The position numbers were made by a program, and so were the translations under genes. This document shows positions 19,860-29,434 of a stretch of 64,000 nt of DNA, one piece after another. The notes below the pieces were generated by a model that saw nothing but the letters and a program-made list of their open reading frames with translations, was not told the origin of the DNA and did not search any database. The first letter of the stretch is position 1, and each line of letters opens with the position of its first letter. The DNA is from Acidobacteriota bacterium (lineage in GTDB: Bacteria > Acidobacteriota > UBA890 > WLXD01): assembly GCA_965205505.1 (NCBI GenBank), contig CBDBHB010000009.1, forward strand, positions 2,720,001 through 2,784,000. The letters run 5' to 3'.

Positions 19860-20377
19860 CAGTCTTCGAGCGAGCTCAGCTCGCGCTCGACGATCTCGCG
19901 TAGCCTGGCGTCGTCGTCACTGCTTGGCGGTGCCACCTCGTCGCCGCTGTCGTCGGGACTGCGTCGAGTCCAGCGCGACAGCACCGACCCGACACCGACG
20001 GCGCCCACCGTCAACAACAGGATGGGTGCTGCCCAGGCGGCCAAACCGAGCCCGGAGCCCTCGGGCTTGATGCGCACCGACGCATCGTAGCGGGCCACTA
20101 AGGTGGCCATGACCTGCTCATCGGATTGGCCGGAGTCGACCAGCTCGTGGAGCTCGGCAAGCATGCCGTCGGCGTAGCCGCATCCGCAGGTAGCGATGGG
20201 TCTCAGCGGGCAGGTCCCACACTGGCATCCGATCTCACCGGCCAGGCGAGTGAACGAGTCGACGCTGTAGTCCGGCTGAGCCATCCACCACGCTGCACCC
20301 AACCCCAATGCGACCGCCACGATGGCAGTCAGCACGAATAGCTTTCCAGTGCCGTCTTCGTGGCGCCTTGTACCCAT
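19859..20377 (-). CDS. ccmH: Cytochrome c biogenesis protein CcmH-like
   Basis: GCQCGTC...CGCG motif, TM AWAAPILLL; directly downstream of ccmF. Confidence 0.75.
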   Translation of the reverse strand: MGTRRHEDGTGKLFVLTAIVAVALGLGAAWWMAQPDYSVDSFTRLAGEIGCQCGTCPLRPIATCGCGYADGMLAELHELVDSGQSDEQVMATLVARYDASVRIKPEGSGLGLAAWAAPILLLTVGAVGVGSVLSRWTRRSPDDSGDEVAPPSSDDDARLREIVERELSSLED

Positions 20378-20391
20378 GATGTAGCTCGTCG

Positions 20392-22353
20392 TCAGTAGTT
20401 CGGAATTCCGACCTGGCTGCGCTGTCGGTCGGGGAACATCGCCAGAATGGAGCCCAGCGCCAGCACCGCGAGACCGATCCAGATCCACTTCACCAGTGGA
20501 TTCAAGTATGCCTTGAACGTCGCCGTCTGCTGCGCATCCCAACCAGCGAGCACAATGTACAGATCGTGGCGCAGGCTGCTCCAGATCGCTACTTCCGTGG
20601 TGGGGTTTTCCTGCGCCGGATGGAAGTGCCGTTGCGGTACCAGTCGGAACCGCGGGCGGCCTCCAGCAAAGGCGATCAGCGAAGCCGAGCTCACCTCGAC
20701 CCCGCTCACCTGGAAGTGGTTGAGCTCCTCGTATTGGAGCCGATAGCTGCCGATATCGACGGTCTCGCCCGGGCGCAGCGTCGCCTCTACCTCGCGCTGG
20801 AACACGCTGGATCCGGTGATACCTACGGCCATCAGAACGATCCCTACGTGAATGACGTAGCCGCCGTAGCGGCGTTTGTTGCGCATCGTCAGGCCGAGCA
20901 GCGCTTGGTGCCACGACTCGTCGTTGGCTGAGGATCGTGCCCTAGTACCGCGCCAAAATTCCTGGACAACGGTGCCAACAACGAACGCCGACAGGCCGAT
21001 CGACATGAGCGCGTAGGGGCCGCCGACGCGCATCACCAGCATCACGATCATCGCGCCAAGCCCTGAGATGCTTGGCCATACGAATGCCCGACGCAGGCTG
21101 GGCCACGAGGCCCGTCGCCAGGCGATGAGCGGGCCGATTCCGGTCAGCGCCAGGAGCATGAGGAAGATGGGCACGTTCACGCGGTTGAAGAAAGGCGGCC
21201 CGACGGTGATCTTGACGCCGTTTATCGCCTCGCTGATCACCGGGAACATAGTTCCCCAGAGCACCGCGAAACAGGACACCACCAAGACGAGATTGTTAAA
21301 CAGAAACGATGACTCGCGCGACAGCACCGACTCGAGCTGATTCTTGCTCCGGAGGTCGGGAAGTCGCCACGCCACCAAGCCGAGACTGACTGCAAGGATG
21401 ACCGCCAGGAAGATGGCGAACAACGGGCCCAGGTTCGAAGTTGTGAATGCGTGTACTGACGAGACGATTCCCGAGCGGGTGAGGAACGTACCGAAGATGC
21501 ATAGTGCGAAGGTCGCGATGACCATCAGCATGTTCCACACCCGCAGCATCTGTTTCTTCTCTTCGATCATCACCGAGTGCAGATATGCGGTCGCTACGAG
21601 CCAGGGCATCAACGAGGCGTTTTCCACCGGATCCCAGCCCCAGTAGCCTCCCCAGCCGAGCTCGACGTAAGCCCATTGCGCTCCCAGCGTGATGCCGATG
21701 GACAGGAAGAACCAGGCAACAATCGTCCAACGTCGAATAGCATGCAGCCACGACGTATCTAGCCGACCGCTGGCCAGCGCGGCGATCGCGAAGGCGAACG
21801 GGATCGTGAACCCCACAAAGCCGAGATACAGGTTGGGCGGGTGGATGGCCATCGCCGGGTTCTGCAAGAGCGGGTTCAGGCCACGCCCATCCAGCGGCGT
21901 GAAGGGCAGCGTCTCGAACGGATCCGCGGCGAACAGCTGCAGCGCAATGAAGAACATCGCCGTCGTCATGCATACGGCATAGACGTAGGGCATGAGCTCC
22001 GGGTGGCTTCGCCTGTTAGTCCACACGGCCAGGGACGAGTACATGCACAGAACCACAGTCCACAACAGTAACGACCCGGCCATCCCCCCCCAGAGCGCCG
22101 AGATCTTGTACACGAGTGGCTGGTCGATACGTGAGTTCTCGGCTACGTAGCGAACGACGAAGCGATCGTTGGCCATCAACCAGAGAAGCGACCCAACGGC
22201 GACCACTACCAGGCCCGAGGTCACGTACACGCCGTTGCGGGCGCTCGCTATGAGGCTAGCCTGCCGGCGGCGGACGCCGAGCAGCGCCACCGCAATCGTG
22301 TATGCCGCCGTGCCAAACGCGGCGATCAGGGCACTGTGACCTAGGACGATCAA
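20392..22353 (-). CDS. ccmF: Heme lyase CcmF
   Basis: GLNPLLQNPAMAIHPP, WAYVELGWGGYWGWDPVEN and SVHAF. Confidence 0.97.
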   Translation of the reverse strand: MIVLGHSALIAAFGTAAYTIAVALLGVRRRQASLIASARNGVYVTSGLVVVAVGSLLWLMANDRFVVRYVAENSRIDQPLVYKISALWGGMAGSLLLWTVVLCMYSSLAVWTNRRSHPELMPYVYAVCMTTAMFFIALQLFAADPFETLPFTPLDGRGLNPLLQNPAMAIHPPNLYLGFVGFTIPFAFAIAALASGRLDTSWLHAIRRWTIVAWFFLSIGITLGAQWAYVELGWGGYWGWDPVENASLMPWLVATAYLHSVMIEEKKQMLRVWNMLMVIATFALCIFGTFLTRSGIVSSVHAFTTSNLGPLFAIFLAVILAVSLGLVAWRLPDLRSKNQLESVLSRESSFLFNNLVLVVSCFAVLWGTMFPVISEAINGVKITVGPPFFNRVNVPIFLMLLALTGIGPLIAWRRASWPSLRRAFVWPSISGLGAMIVMLVMRVGGPYALMSIGLSAFVVGTVVQEFWRGTRARSSANDESWHQALLGLTMRNKRRYGGYVIHVGIVLMAVGITGSSVFQREVEATLRPGETVDIGSYRLQYEELNHFQVSGVEVSSASLIAFAGGRPRFRLVPQRHFHPAQENPTTEVAIWSSLRHDLYIVLAGWDAQQTATFKAYLNPLVKWIWIGLAVLALGSILAMFPDRQRSQVGIPNY

Positions 22354-22378
22354 CTGCGGGAAGCTCCGCTGCCCGTGA

Positions 22379-22828
22379 TCAGGGCGAGGTCTGGGTTCGG
22401 GCTGCTACGCCGGCCTCGCGGTACTTGGAGAGGTCGGTCTCGGCCTCGTACTTCGAGGGGCACTTGGCCATCACGAAGGTGGCGTGGAACACGCCGTCCG
22501 CACCCAGTTTGCCTTCGACCACGGCGTCGGCACCGTCAACCAGAGTATCTGGCGTAATGCCGTGGTAGGTGACCGGAATCTGGAAGCCACCTTCCTGGAT
22601 CACGAAACGCCGATCGAGATGATTCGTGTCCGACACCTGAATCGTGCCGGCGACAACCTTGCCAGCAACGCGCAGCGGGACGTTGCCGAGCGTGTCACGC
22701 TGCGAGGAGACCTCGCTGACGGTATAGTAGAACACCATCGTGTCGCGCATGCCGGTAACGATCAGGTAGCCGAGCGCTGTGGCCACGATCAACCCCGCGA
22801 TCACGATCCCTTTACTTCGAATGCCCAT
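22379..22828 (-). CDS. ccmE: Heme chaperone CcmE (Cys-type)
   Basis: N-terminal TM, LRVAGKV, YHGITPD and AKCPSKY. Confidence 0.9.
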   Translation of the reverse strand: MGIRSKGIVIAGLIVATALGYLIVTGMRDTMVFYYTVSEVSSQRDTLGNVPLRVAGKVVAGTIQVSDTNHLDRRFVIQEGGFQIPVTYHGITPDTLVDGADAVVEGKLGADGVFHATFVMAKCPSKYEAETDLSKYREAGVAARTQTSP

Positions 22829-23179
22829 GGAATCGCTCCCTACAATTCGTGCCGAGAAACCAGTTAGAGGTTAGCACAGCGGGTATCGCGCCGATCATTC
22901 CGAGGTGTTCCGTCGTAGGCTTCTTTCGGGCTCGCAAGTGCGCTTCAATGGAGCGCTCGAGGCCGAGCGAGTCGAGCCGAAACTTGAACACCTTGCGGCC
23001 GGCCAGCACCCCGACCGGTATCTGCGCACCGTACTTCCGCTCCCAGCCTGGATCGAGCCCGACATTGCGCTCCTCTATACGCAGAGCTAGCGGGCTACGA
23101 ATGGTGCCAGGGCCTCCTTGGCCTCATCGCAAAGGTGGCAACCGGGGCGGCTGTAAAGCACCAACAGCAACTCGGACAT
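22812..23179 (-). pseudogene. Glutaredoxin-like protein (DUF836), frameshifted near 23088
   Basis: LYSRPGCHLCDEAK, then TAG; continues in another frame as LRIEERNV...YGAQIPVGVLAGRKVFKFR. Confidence 0.75.
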
Positions 23180-23305
23180 TGCCTCCACCACGGCCTGTTG
23201 ATCCGGCGTTAGGGACTGTACGCCGTGGTAACATCGGCCGCCGTTCGCAGCCTCTGTTCGTCGGCGCCGTCTGCCGGCACCCTCCGCGCGACCTTCCACG
23301 TGACG

Positions 23306-24112
23306 ATGTTTGACGGACTTCGTGTCACCTTTCTGGGTACGGGCACCTCGGCGGGGATTCCTGTCATCACCTGCGGCTGCGATGTTTGCACATCTGCCGA
23401 TCCTCGCAACCGGCGTTTGCGTGCCAGCTTGTTGCTGGAATGGTCCACACCCGATGGGGAGGTGGCCAAGGTACTCGTGGATACTGCAACCGATCTTCGC
23501 CAGCAGGCGCTGCGAGCGGGCATCGACCGGGTCGACGCGGTGATGTATACGCATGCTCATGCCGACCATGTTCTGGGGCTCGACGAGCTCAGAATCTTCA
23601 ACTTCGTGCACCGACGGGCGATCCCGCTCTACGGTGATGGTCGAACGCTCGCCGCGCTGCAGGGAATGTTCGAGTATGCCTTCGATCCTGACGCCATCGC
23701 CGTACCAAGGCTGACACCTATAGAGATCGGCGATTGTTTCGAGCTACTCGGGTTGACGGTCGAGGCAATCGCTTTGCCACATGGGCAGGGAACCGTGCGG
23801 GCATTCCGCATCGGCGACTTCGCCTACGCGACGGACTGCAACGAGATCCCCGCCGATGCCGCCGCCCGGCTGCGCGGTCTCGATGTGCTGGTCGTTGACG
23901 CGCTTCGTCGTAAGCCACATCGGTCGCACTTCACCGTAGAACAGGCGCTGGAGCAGGTGGCGAGACTGCGACCCAGGCAGGCCTACCTGACTCATTTGAG
24001 CCACGATCTGGAACACGCGGACATCCAGGCGAGCCTCCCCGACGGCGTCGCCGTGGCGCACGACGAGCTTACCCTCGAGCTGACCCTACCGGAGCGATCC
24101 CGATGCGTGTAG
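23306..24112 (+). CDS. MBL-fold metallohydrolase (PhnP-like)
   Basis: LGTGTSAGIP, CGCDVC, THAHADH and THLSH. Confidence 0.9.
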   Translation: MFDGLRVTFLGTGTSAGIPVITCGCDVCTSADPRNRRLRASLLLEWSTPDGEVAKVLVDTATDLRQQALRAGIDRVDAVMYTHAHADHVLGLDELRIFNFVHRRAIPLYGDGRTLAALQGMFEYAFDPDAIAVPRLTPIEIGDCFELLGLTVEAIALPHGQGTVRAFRIGDFAYATDCNEIPADAAARLRGLDVLVVDALRRKPHRSHFTVEQALEQVARLRPRQAYLTHLSHDLEHADIQASLPDGVAVAHDELTLELTLPERSRCV

Positions 24113-25041
24113 TGCGCGGGTTTCGCCATCTGGATCTTCACCTCGATCGCCCGGCGGTGACCATCGGAAACTTCGACGGTGTGCACCTGGGACATCAGGA
24201 GGTCATGCGCCGAACGACGGATGGGGCACGCCAGCGAGGCGCGAAGGCCGTCGTGTGCACTTTCGATCCCCACACCATGGCAGTGCTATCGGACAATCCC
24301 CCGGCGTCGCTGCAGACCACCGAGCAGCGCATTGCGGCGATCGAGGCGGTCGGTGTCGACGTGGCGGTGGTGATCCCTTTCGATCGCCAGATCGCCGCGA
24401 TCGGCCGAAGGCGATTCGTCGATGACTTCCTCATCGCCGAGCTCGATGTGGGCTCGGTGCATGTCAGCGAGGGGTTTTCCTTCGGTCGCGAGCGCGCCGG
24501 CCGAACGGCGTATCTAGAGCGCCGGGCGGAGGACGCCGGGTTCACCGTCGAGCGCGTTCCAGCGGTCGTCGTGGATGGCGAGCCGGTCTCGTCGTCGCGC
24601 GTCCGTGAGCTCATCGGCAGGGGCAAGATCGAGGCGGCGGCGGCGTTGCTCGGCAGGCCCTACGCACTTGCCGGGGAAATCGTCTCCGGAAGGGGCCGCG
24701 GCCGGCTGCTAGCGGCGCCCACGGCGAATCTCGAGCTTGGCGACGCCTGCACGCCGCGCCGCGGCGTGTATGTGGCCGAAGTGAGGCTCGATGGTGAGAC
24801 CCATCAGGCGGTCGCGAATATTGGCAGTCGACCAACATTCGAGGCCCACGGAGACCTCGTTGCCGAGGCTCACATGCTTGATTTCACCGAGTCGATCTAC
24901 GGTCGTAACATCGAGCTTGGGCTGCTGCGCATGCTTCGCGAGGAGCGCACGTTTCCGGATGGCGCGGCGCTCGCGGCGCAGATCCAAGACGATGTTCGAG
25001 CAACTCGACATTATTTCCAAACGCGGTCGACATCGCCCTGA
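24103..25041 (+). CDS. ribF: Riboflavin kinase/FAD synthetase
   Basis: IGNFDGVHLGH, VSSSRVR, PTAN and NIGSRPTF. Confidence 0.95.
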   Translation: MRVVRGFRHLDLHLDRPAVTIGNFDGVHLGHQEVMRRTTDGARQRGAKAVVCTFDPHTMAVLSDNPPASLQTTEQRIAAIEAVGVDVAVVIPFDRQIAAIGRRRFVDDFLIAELDVGSVHVSEGFSFGRERAGRTAYLERRAEDAGFTVERVPAVVVDGEPVSSSRVRELIGRGKIEAAAALLGRPYALAGEIVSGRGRGRLLAAPTANLELGDACTPRRGVYVAEVRLDGETHQAVANIGSRPTFEAHGDLVAEAHMLDFTESIYGRNIELGLLRMLREERTFPDGAALAAQIQDDVRATRHYFQTRSTSP

Positions 25042-25147
25042 GACGTTGCTTCCGGCGGAACCCGGTTCAAGGGATAGCGTGAGCTATACTGCCACCTTCT
25101 GACGTTCGGGCGCCGCGTCCATCGGCCATGAGGCGATCACTGCGATC

Positions 25148-25432
25148 ATGAACCACGAGCTTGTTGGCGAGGAGGTCACCCTCACCGGGACGGCCTCCGG
25201 GATGCTCCGTCTCGTTGTGGACGCCACTGAGTCTTTCATGACCGCCGCCGGCGCTGCCGGATGCGATAGCGCTCAACTGGAGGCCGGTGTTCGACAGGCG
25301 CTCGACGATATCGGAGAGACGTCGGCCACCGCGATTCGTGCTCGGTTGATCGTCGTCACCGAGGGCATCGACGTGATCATCGGTCCCGATGCCGAGGGCG
25401 CGGAGTCGCACACGGTTTCGTGCCGCGTCTAG
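25148..25432 (+). CDS. Hypothetical 94-aa protein
   Basis: Coding-like composition; TATACT -10-like element upstream; its stop is the left CTAG of element E2. Confidence 0.55.
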   Translation: MNHELVGEEVTLTGTASGMLRLVVDATESFMTAAGAAGCDSAQLEAGVRQALDDIGETSATAIRARLIVVTEGIDVIIGPDAEGAESHTVSCRV

Positions 25433-25709
25433 CAGGCCGTGGTGAGAGTGTGATGGGTCTGGTTACGCCGCCAAGGGCGCAGCTGCAAGGCGCAGCGACG
25501 CCAGCAATGCCTCCGCGCATCGTTCAGGAGCGGCAACGCCGCAGATGTACCGTTGGCGGCGTAACCCTTCGGGCAAGTGGGAGTTACGGGCAAATGGCAT
25601 CGTCGTTCCTCCTCGACGATGGGCACCGCATCGCCATCCTCATCGCGCCTTGAGCTTGCCCCCATCTCGACCCAGCAATATGCAACGAACCTCTGCTACA
25701 GGCCACTAG
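25429..25709. mobile_element. MITE-like structured element E2 (281 bp, non-matching ends)
   Basis: Left end is 32/34 identical to E1; same two modules and CCTTCGGG centre; right end ...CTCTGCTACAGGCCACTAG is different. Confidence 0.8.
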
Positions 25710-27190
25710 TGTCAACGCGCCTCTACAACACATCAACACGCCGCAAGGAACAGTTCGAGCCACTGTTGCCGCCGCGGGTGTGCGTTTACTCGTGTGGCCC
25801 CACGGTCTACGACACACCTCACATCGGCAACTACCGCTTCTTCGTATGGGTTGACCTCGTGCACCGCTACCTTGCGTGGCGCGGCTACGACGTGAACCTG
25901 GTGATGAACATCACCGACATCGACGACCGCACTATCTCCGGCGCGCTTCAAGCCGGGGTGCCGCTGCGAGAGCACACGGAACCGTTCGTCGACCAGTTTC
26001 TCAGCGGCCTCGAAGTGCTCGGAGTGCGGCCGGCGGCGTGCTATCCGAGGGCGACCGATCACGTCGAGGAAATGATCGACCTGATCTCTCGGCTGCTAGC
26101 CAACGATCATGCCTATGTTGCCGAAGGCAACGTCTTCTTCCGAGTGGGGTCGTTCGCCTCCTACGGTCAGCTGGCGCGGCTCGATCCGGAAGCGATGAAG
26201 TCGACGGAGCGTGTCGAAGGCGACCGGCTGGCGAAGGAGGAACCCCGCGACTTCACGCTATGGAAGGCGGCTATCCGAGGTGAGCCATCGTGGCCATCTC
26301 CGTTCGGCGAAGGCAGACCGGGGTGGCACCTGGAGTGCTCGGCGATGAGCATGAAGTACCTGGGTGAGACCTTCGACATTCATCTTGGCGGCGCCGATCT
26401 GATCTTCCCTCATCACGAGAACGAGATCGCACAGAGCGAAGCCGCTACCGGTGTGCAGTTCGTCCGTTACTGGATGCACTGCAGCCACCTGATCGTTGAC
26501 GGCACCAAGATGTCCAAGTCGCTGGGGAACTTCTACACCCTGGCCCAGCTGCTCGAGGCAGGCCATGATCCGATGGCGATTCGCTACTTGCTTGCCAAGG
26601 TGCACTACCGTCGCCCGCTCAACTTCACCTTCGAGGCCATAGAACAGGCCGCGGCATCGATCGGCCGGGTGCACGAGCTGTTGGCACGAATCGAGGAGCG
26701 ATCACAGCGTCTGCCGAGTGACGATCCCGAACGAGCGTCGTCGTTGCGTGCCGCTCTCCGCGACGCTCAGCGGGATTTCGGTGCAGCCATCGACGACGAC
26801 CTCAACAGCGCCGGGGCTTTGGGCCATGTGTTCAGCCTCGTGCGTGAGGTCAACACCGCCCTCGACCGAGAGGAGGCCGATCGCAGCGTTCTCGACGCGG
26901 TGACCGAGTGGCTCGTGGATGTAGATTCGCTGTGGGGCATCCTGCCGCGCGACGAGCGACGTGAGCTCGATATCGACCATGAGGGGACGAGCATCCGCGC
27001 CAGTGGTCCGGTGGTTCCGCCCGGCGTCGAGGCGATGATCGTGCAGCGTGCGAAGGCACGCATGGCGCGTGATTTCGAGGCCTCCGACGCTCTCCGGAAA
27101 CAACTCCGTGAGCTGGGTGTAGAGCTCGAAGACACGGCCGAGGGGGTGCGCTGGCGGCGCGTGGCAGCGGGGAGCGTCGCGGATAGCTGA
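25709..27190 (+). CDS. cysS: Cysteine--tRNA ligase
   Basis: [29 protein letters not shown] and KMSKS. Likely start is GTG 25709, overlapping the CTAG. Confidence 0.97.
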   Translation: MSTRLYNTSTRRKEQFEPLLPPRVCVYSCGPTVYDTPHIGNYRFFVWVDLVHRYLAWRGYDVNLVMNITDIDDRTISGALQAGVPLREHTEPFVDQFLSGLEVLGVRPAACYPRATDHVEEMIDLISRLLANDHAYVAEGNVFFRVGSFASYGQLARLDPEAMKSTERVEGDRLAKEEPRDFTLWKAAIRGEPSWPSPFGEGRPGWHLECSAMSMKYLGETFDIHLGGADLIFPHHENEIAQSEAATGVQFVRYWMHCSHLIVDGTKMSKSLGNFYTLAQLLEAGHDPMAIRYLLAKVHYRRPLNFTFEAIEQAAASIGRVHELLARIEERSQRLPSDDPERASSLRAALRDAQRDFGAAIDDDLNSAGALGHVFSLVREVNTALDREEADRSVLDAVTEWLVDVDSLWGILPRDERRELDIDHEGTSIRASGPVVPPGVEAMIVQRAKARMARDFEASDALRKQLRELGVELEDTAEGVRWRRVAAGSVADS

Positions 27191-27209
27191 CCGTCTCCAT
27201 GGTTTGCAC

Positions 27210-27587
27210 ATGGGACAGCACAGCGCCTGGCGCAGTCGTTTCGGCCGCGCCGCCGAGCGCCATGCAGAGCAGTTGCTCACCCGGGCCGGCTTGCGGGTGA
27301 TCGAACGCCGTTTCCGCAGGGCAGGAGGCGAGATCGACTTGATCGCCCTCGACGAGGACGGAGGCTTGGTATTCGTCGAGGTGAAGGCGCGGCGTTCGGA
27401 TCGCTTTGGAGCACCCTTCGAGGCGGTCGATCGTCGCAAGCAGCGCCGCCTGGCGCGCGCCGCCGCAGCGTTTCTACACGAATACGAGCAGCCGTTCCAA
27501 TCAGCCCGATTCGACGTTGTGTCCTTGCTGACCGATGGGCGAGGCAGCCTGCTGTCGGAGTGGGTTCGCGACGCCTTCCGGATTTGA
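27210..27587 (+). CDS. YraN-family protein (UPF0102)
   Basis: GEIDLIA, FVEVKAR, EAVDRRKQRRL and RFDVV. Confidence 0.9.
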   Translation: MGQHSAWRSRFGRAAERHAEQLLTRAGLRVIERRFRRAGGEIDLIALDEDGGLVFVEVKARRSDRFGAPFEAVDRRKQRRLARAAAAFLHEYEQPFQSARFDVVSLLTDGRGSLLSEWVRDAFRI

Positions 27588-27596
27588 TAGCCGCGG

Positions 27597-28496
27597 TTAC
27601 GCCCACAGTCGCGCTGCGGCTCGTACCGTGTTGCCGTGAATTGTCACGGTGTCCTCGACACGGCGGGCGTAGCCGCCCGCCAGCACCACAGCCACGGGAA
27701 TCTGGTGCTGTTCGCAGGCGCCCAGAACCAACTCGTCGCGGTGTCGAAGCCCATCGATTGACAGCGCCAGCGAACCGAGTTGATCCTCCACGTACGGATC
27801 TGCTCCGGCCACGTAGATGGCAAGCTCGGGCTGGTGTGTGGCGATCAACGGTATCAGGCTCGAGCTCAATTCCCTCGAGTACTGTTCATCTCCGGTGCCC
27901 GATCCTAGTCCGACATCGACGGTGCTCGGTGGCTTGTAGAACGGGTAGATATCTTGTTGGTGGATCGAGAACGTAGCTACGGCCGGATCGTTGGCGAAGA
28001 TCGCGGCGGTGCCGTTGCCTTGATGCACGTCACAGTCGATCACGATGGCACGCTCGATGCGACCCTCCGCCAGCAAGGTGCGGACCGCGCAGGCCGGGTC
28101 GTTGAACACGCAGAAGCCCTCGCCGTGGTCAGGGAATGCGTGGTGAAAGCCGCCGCCGATGTGGATACCCACCCCGTGCTCGAGCGCCAGGCGAGCCGCC
28201 ATGCTCGTGCCGCGGACGCACCGCATCGAGGCCTCAAGTAGCGCTGGCGACCAGGGCAGCTCCAACTGAGCGATCTCGGTGGCCGAGAGTTTGCCGCTCA
28301 GGCACCTCGAGACGTAGCCCGGCGTATGGACTCGTCGTAGCTCGTCCTCGTCGGCCGGATCCGGATCCACGATCTCGGTTGGGCTGAGCGTTCCGTCGGC
28401 CAATAGGCGAGCTATCAGCAGCGCGTACTTGTTCGTCGGGAACACGTGGGCGCCGATGTCGACGCCGTATCGGGACGAGGTGACGACCTGTCGCAT
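27597..28496 (-). CDS. Histone deacetylase-family protein
   Basis: GGGFHHA, GEGFCVFND, DCDVHQGNGT and AGGY. Confidence 0.93.
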   Translation of the reverse strand: MRQVVTSSRYGVDIGAHVFPTNKYALLIARLLADGTLSPTEIVDPDPADEDELRRVHTPGYVSRCLSGKLSATEIAQLELPWSPALLEASMRCVRGTSMAARLALEHGVGIHIGGGFHHAFPDHGEGFCVFNDPACAVRTLLAEGRIERAIVIDCDVHQGNGTAAIFANDPAVATFSIHQQDIYPFYKPPSTVDVGLGSGTGDEQYSRELSSSLIPLIATHQPELAIYVAGADPYVEDQLGSLALSIDGLRHRDELVLGACEQHQIPVAVVLAGGYARRVEDTVTIHGNTVRAAARLWA

Positions 28497-28516
28497 GACG
28501 ACGAATTATAGAGTTC

Positions 28517-28545
28517 TTGCCTGTGTCTCACCCCGCCGATATCCT
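28517..28545 (+). promoter_or_regulatory. Sigma-70 promoter of the tRNA pair
   Basis: TTGCCT-17 nt-TATCCT, ending 12 nt upstream of tRNA-Gly. Confidence 0.55.
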
Positions 28546-28557
28546 GTTGATTCCGGA

Positions 28558-28633
28558 GCGGGAATAGCTCAGCTGGTAGAGCGCAACGTTGCCAACGTTG
28601 AGGTCGCGGGTTCGAATCCCGTTTCCCGCTCCA
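28558..28633 (+). tRNA. tRNA-Gly(GCC)
   Basis: GCGGGAA/TTCCCGC acceptor stem, anticodon loop TTGCCAA, GGTTCGAATCC, encoded CCA. Confidence 0.97.
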
Positions 28634-28721
28634 ACTAATCTTGGCGCGCGGACCCTCTTCGCGCGTAGATCCGGCCGCCCCCACAGCACGTCGGGGCGAG
28701 TCCGGCGTCGACCCTTGATGA

Positions 28722-28793
28722 GGCGGCGTAGCCAAGTGGTAAGGCAGCGGTCTGCAAAACCGCGATTCGGCGGTTCGATCCCGCCCGCCGCCT
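28722..28793 (+). tRNA. tRNA-Cys(GCA)
   Basis: GGCGGCG/CGCCGCC acceptor stem, CTGCAAA anticodon loop, GGTTCGATCCC, U discriminator; CCA not encoded. Confidence 0.95.
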
Positions 28794-28855
28794 CCTCCTT
28801 TGCACACGCCGCTGATGTCGAAGCCACTCGACATCGACGTGGCCGACGTGTTGTC

Positions 28856-29395
28856 GTGCGTATCGTGGGGTTGGCCGTCTTGGTTGGCCTGACGCTATGT
28901 TCGCAGTCGATGACCTCCGTCGCGGCCATCCAGCAGGAGCCCACACCGCCGGACCAGCCGCCGCTCGAGTGGACAAACTGGATCTCTGACGTACCGGTGG
29001 TGGACATGACGGGTGAGTGGGTGTTCGACACCGCGTCGAGCGACCCGATGGTCGAGGTATGGCGCGAGCGTGAGGTGGTCTACCAGATCGACCAGCAGCT
29101 CGATCGGATCGTTTTCGAGTTCCGACCCGAGAACGGACAGCAGAACGTGCAGACGTATCGCTGGGGCGGGTCGATCAGCGAGTTTCAGCGCGGCGATGCC
29201 GAAGTGCGTGAGCGCGCCCGATGGACGGAGGGCGGCCGCGTTCTCGAGGTCGAAGGTCGTTGGTGGACGTTCGACGATCTGTCGACGGTGCGGCAGTACA
29301 CCTTCCGCTACGAGACGACGAGCTTCGACATGCTTGTCCTTACGCAGGGCGATGAGCACGGCACGACGATGTGGCGTTTCCGTCGCCGCCGTTAA
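28856..29395 (+). CDS. Exported hypothetical protein (lipocalin-like beta-barrel?)
   Basis: Signal peptide, DMTGEWVFD motif, beta-rich; start uncertain. Confidence 0.6.
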   Translation: MRIVGLAVLVGLTLCSQSMTSVAAIQQEPTPPDQPPLEWTNWISDVPVVDMTGEWVFDTASSDPMVEVWREREVVYQIDQQLDRIVFEFRPENGQQNVQTYRWGGSISEFQRGDAEVRERARWTEGGRVLEVEGRWWTFDDLSTVRQYTFRYETTSFDMLVLTQGDEHGTTMWRFRRRR

Positions 29396-29434
29396 CAGGG
29401 TGCTGAAGAACTCTGCTAACAGATCGGCGTCGGA

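Noticed and set aside
25577-25708. N-terminal extension of CysS
   Set aside because: It lies inside element E2; CysS similarity begins at GTG 25709.
28589-28855. 5' part of the 268-aa ORF
   Set aside because: It overlaps both tRNA genes; the real start is downstream.
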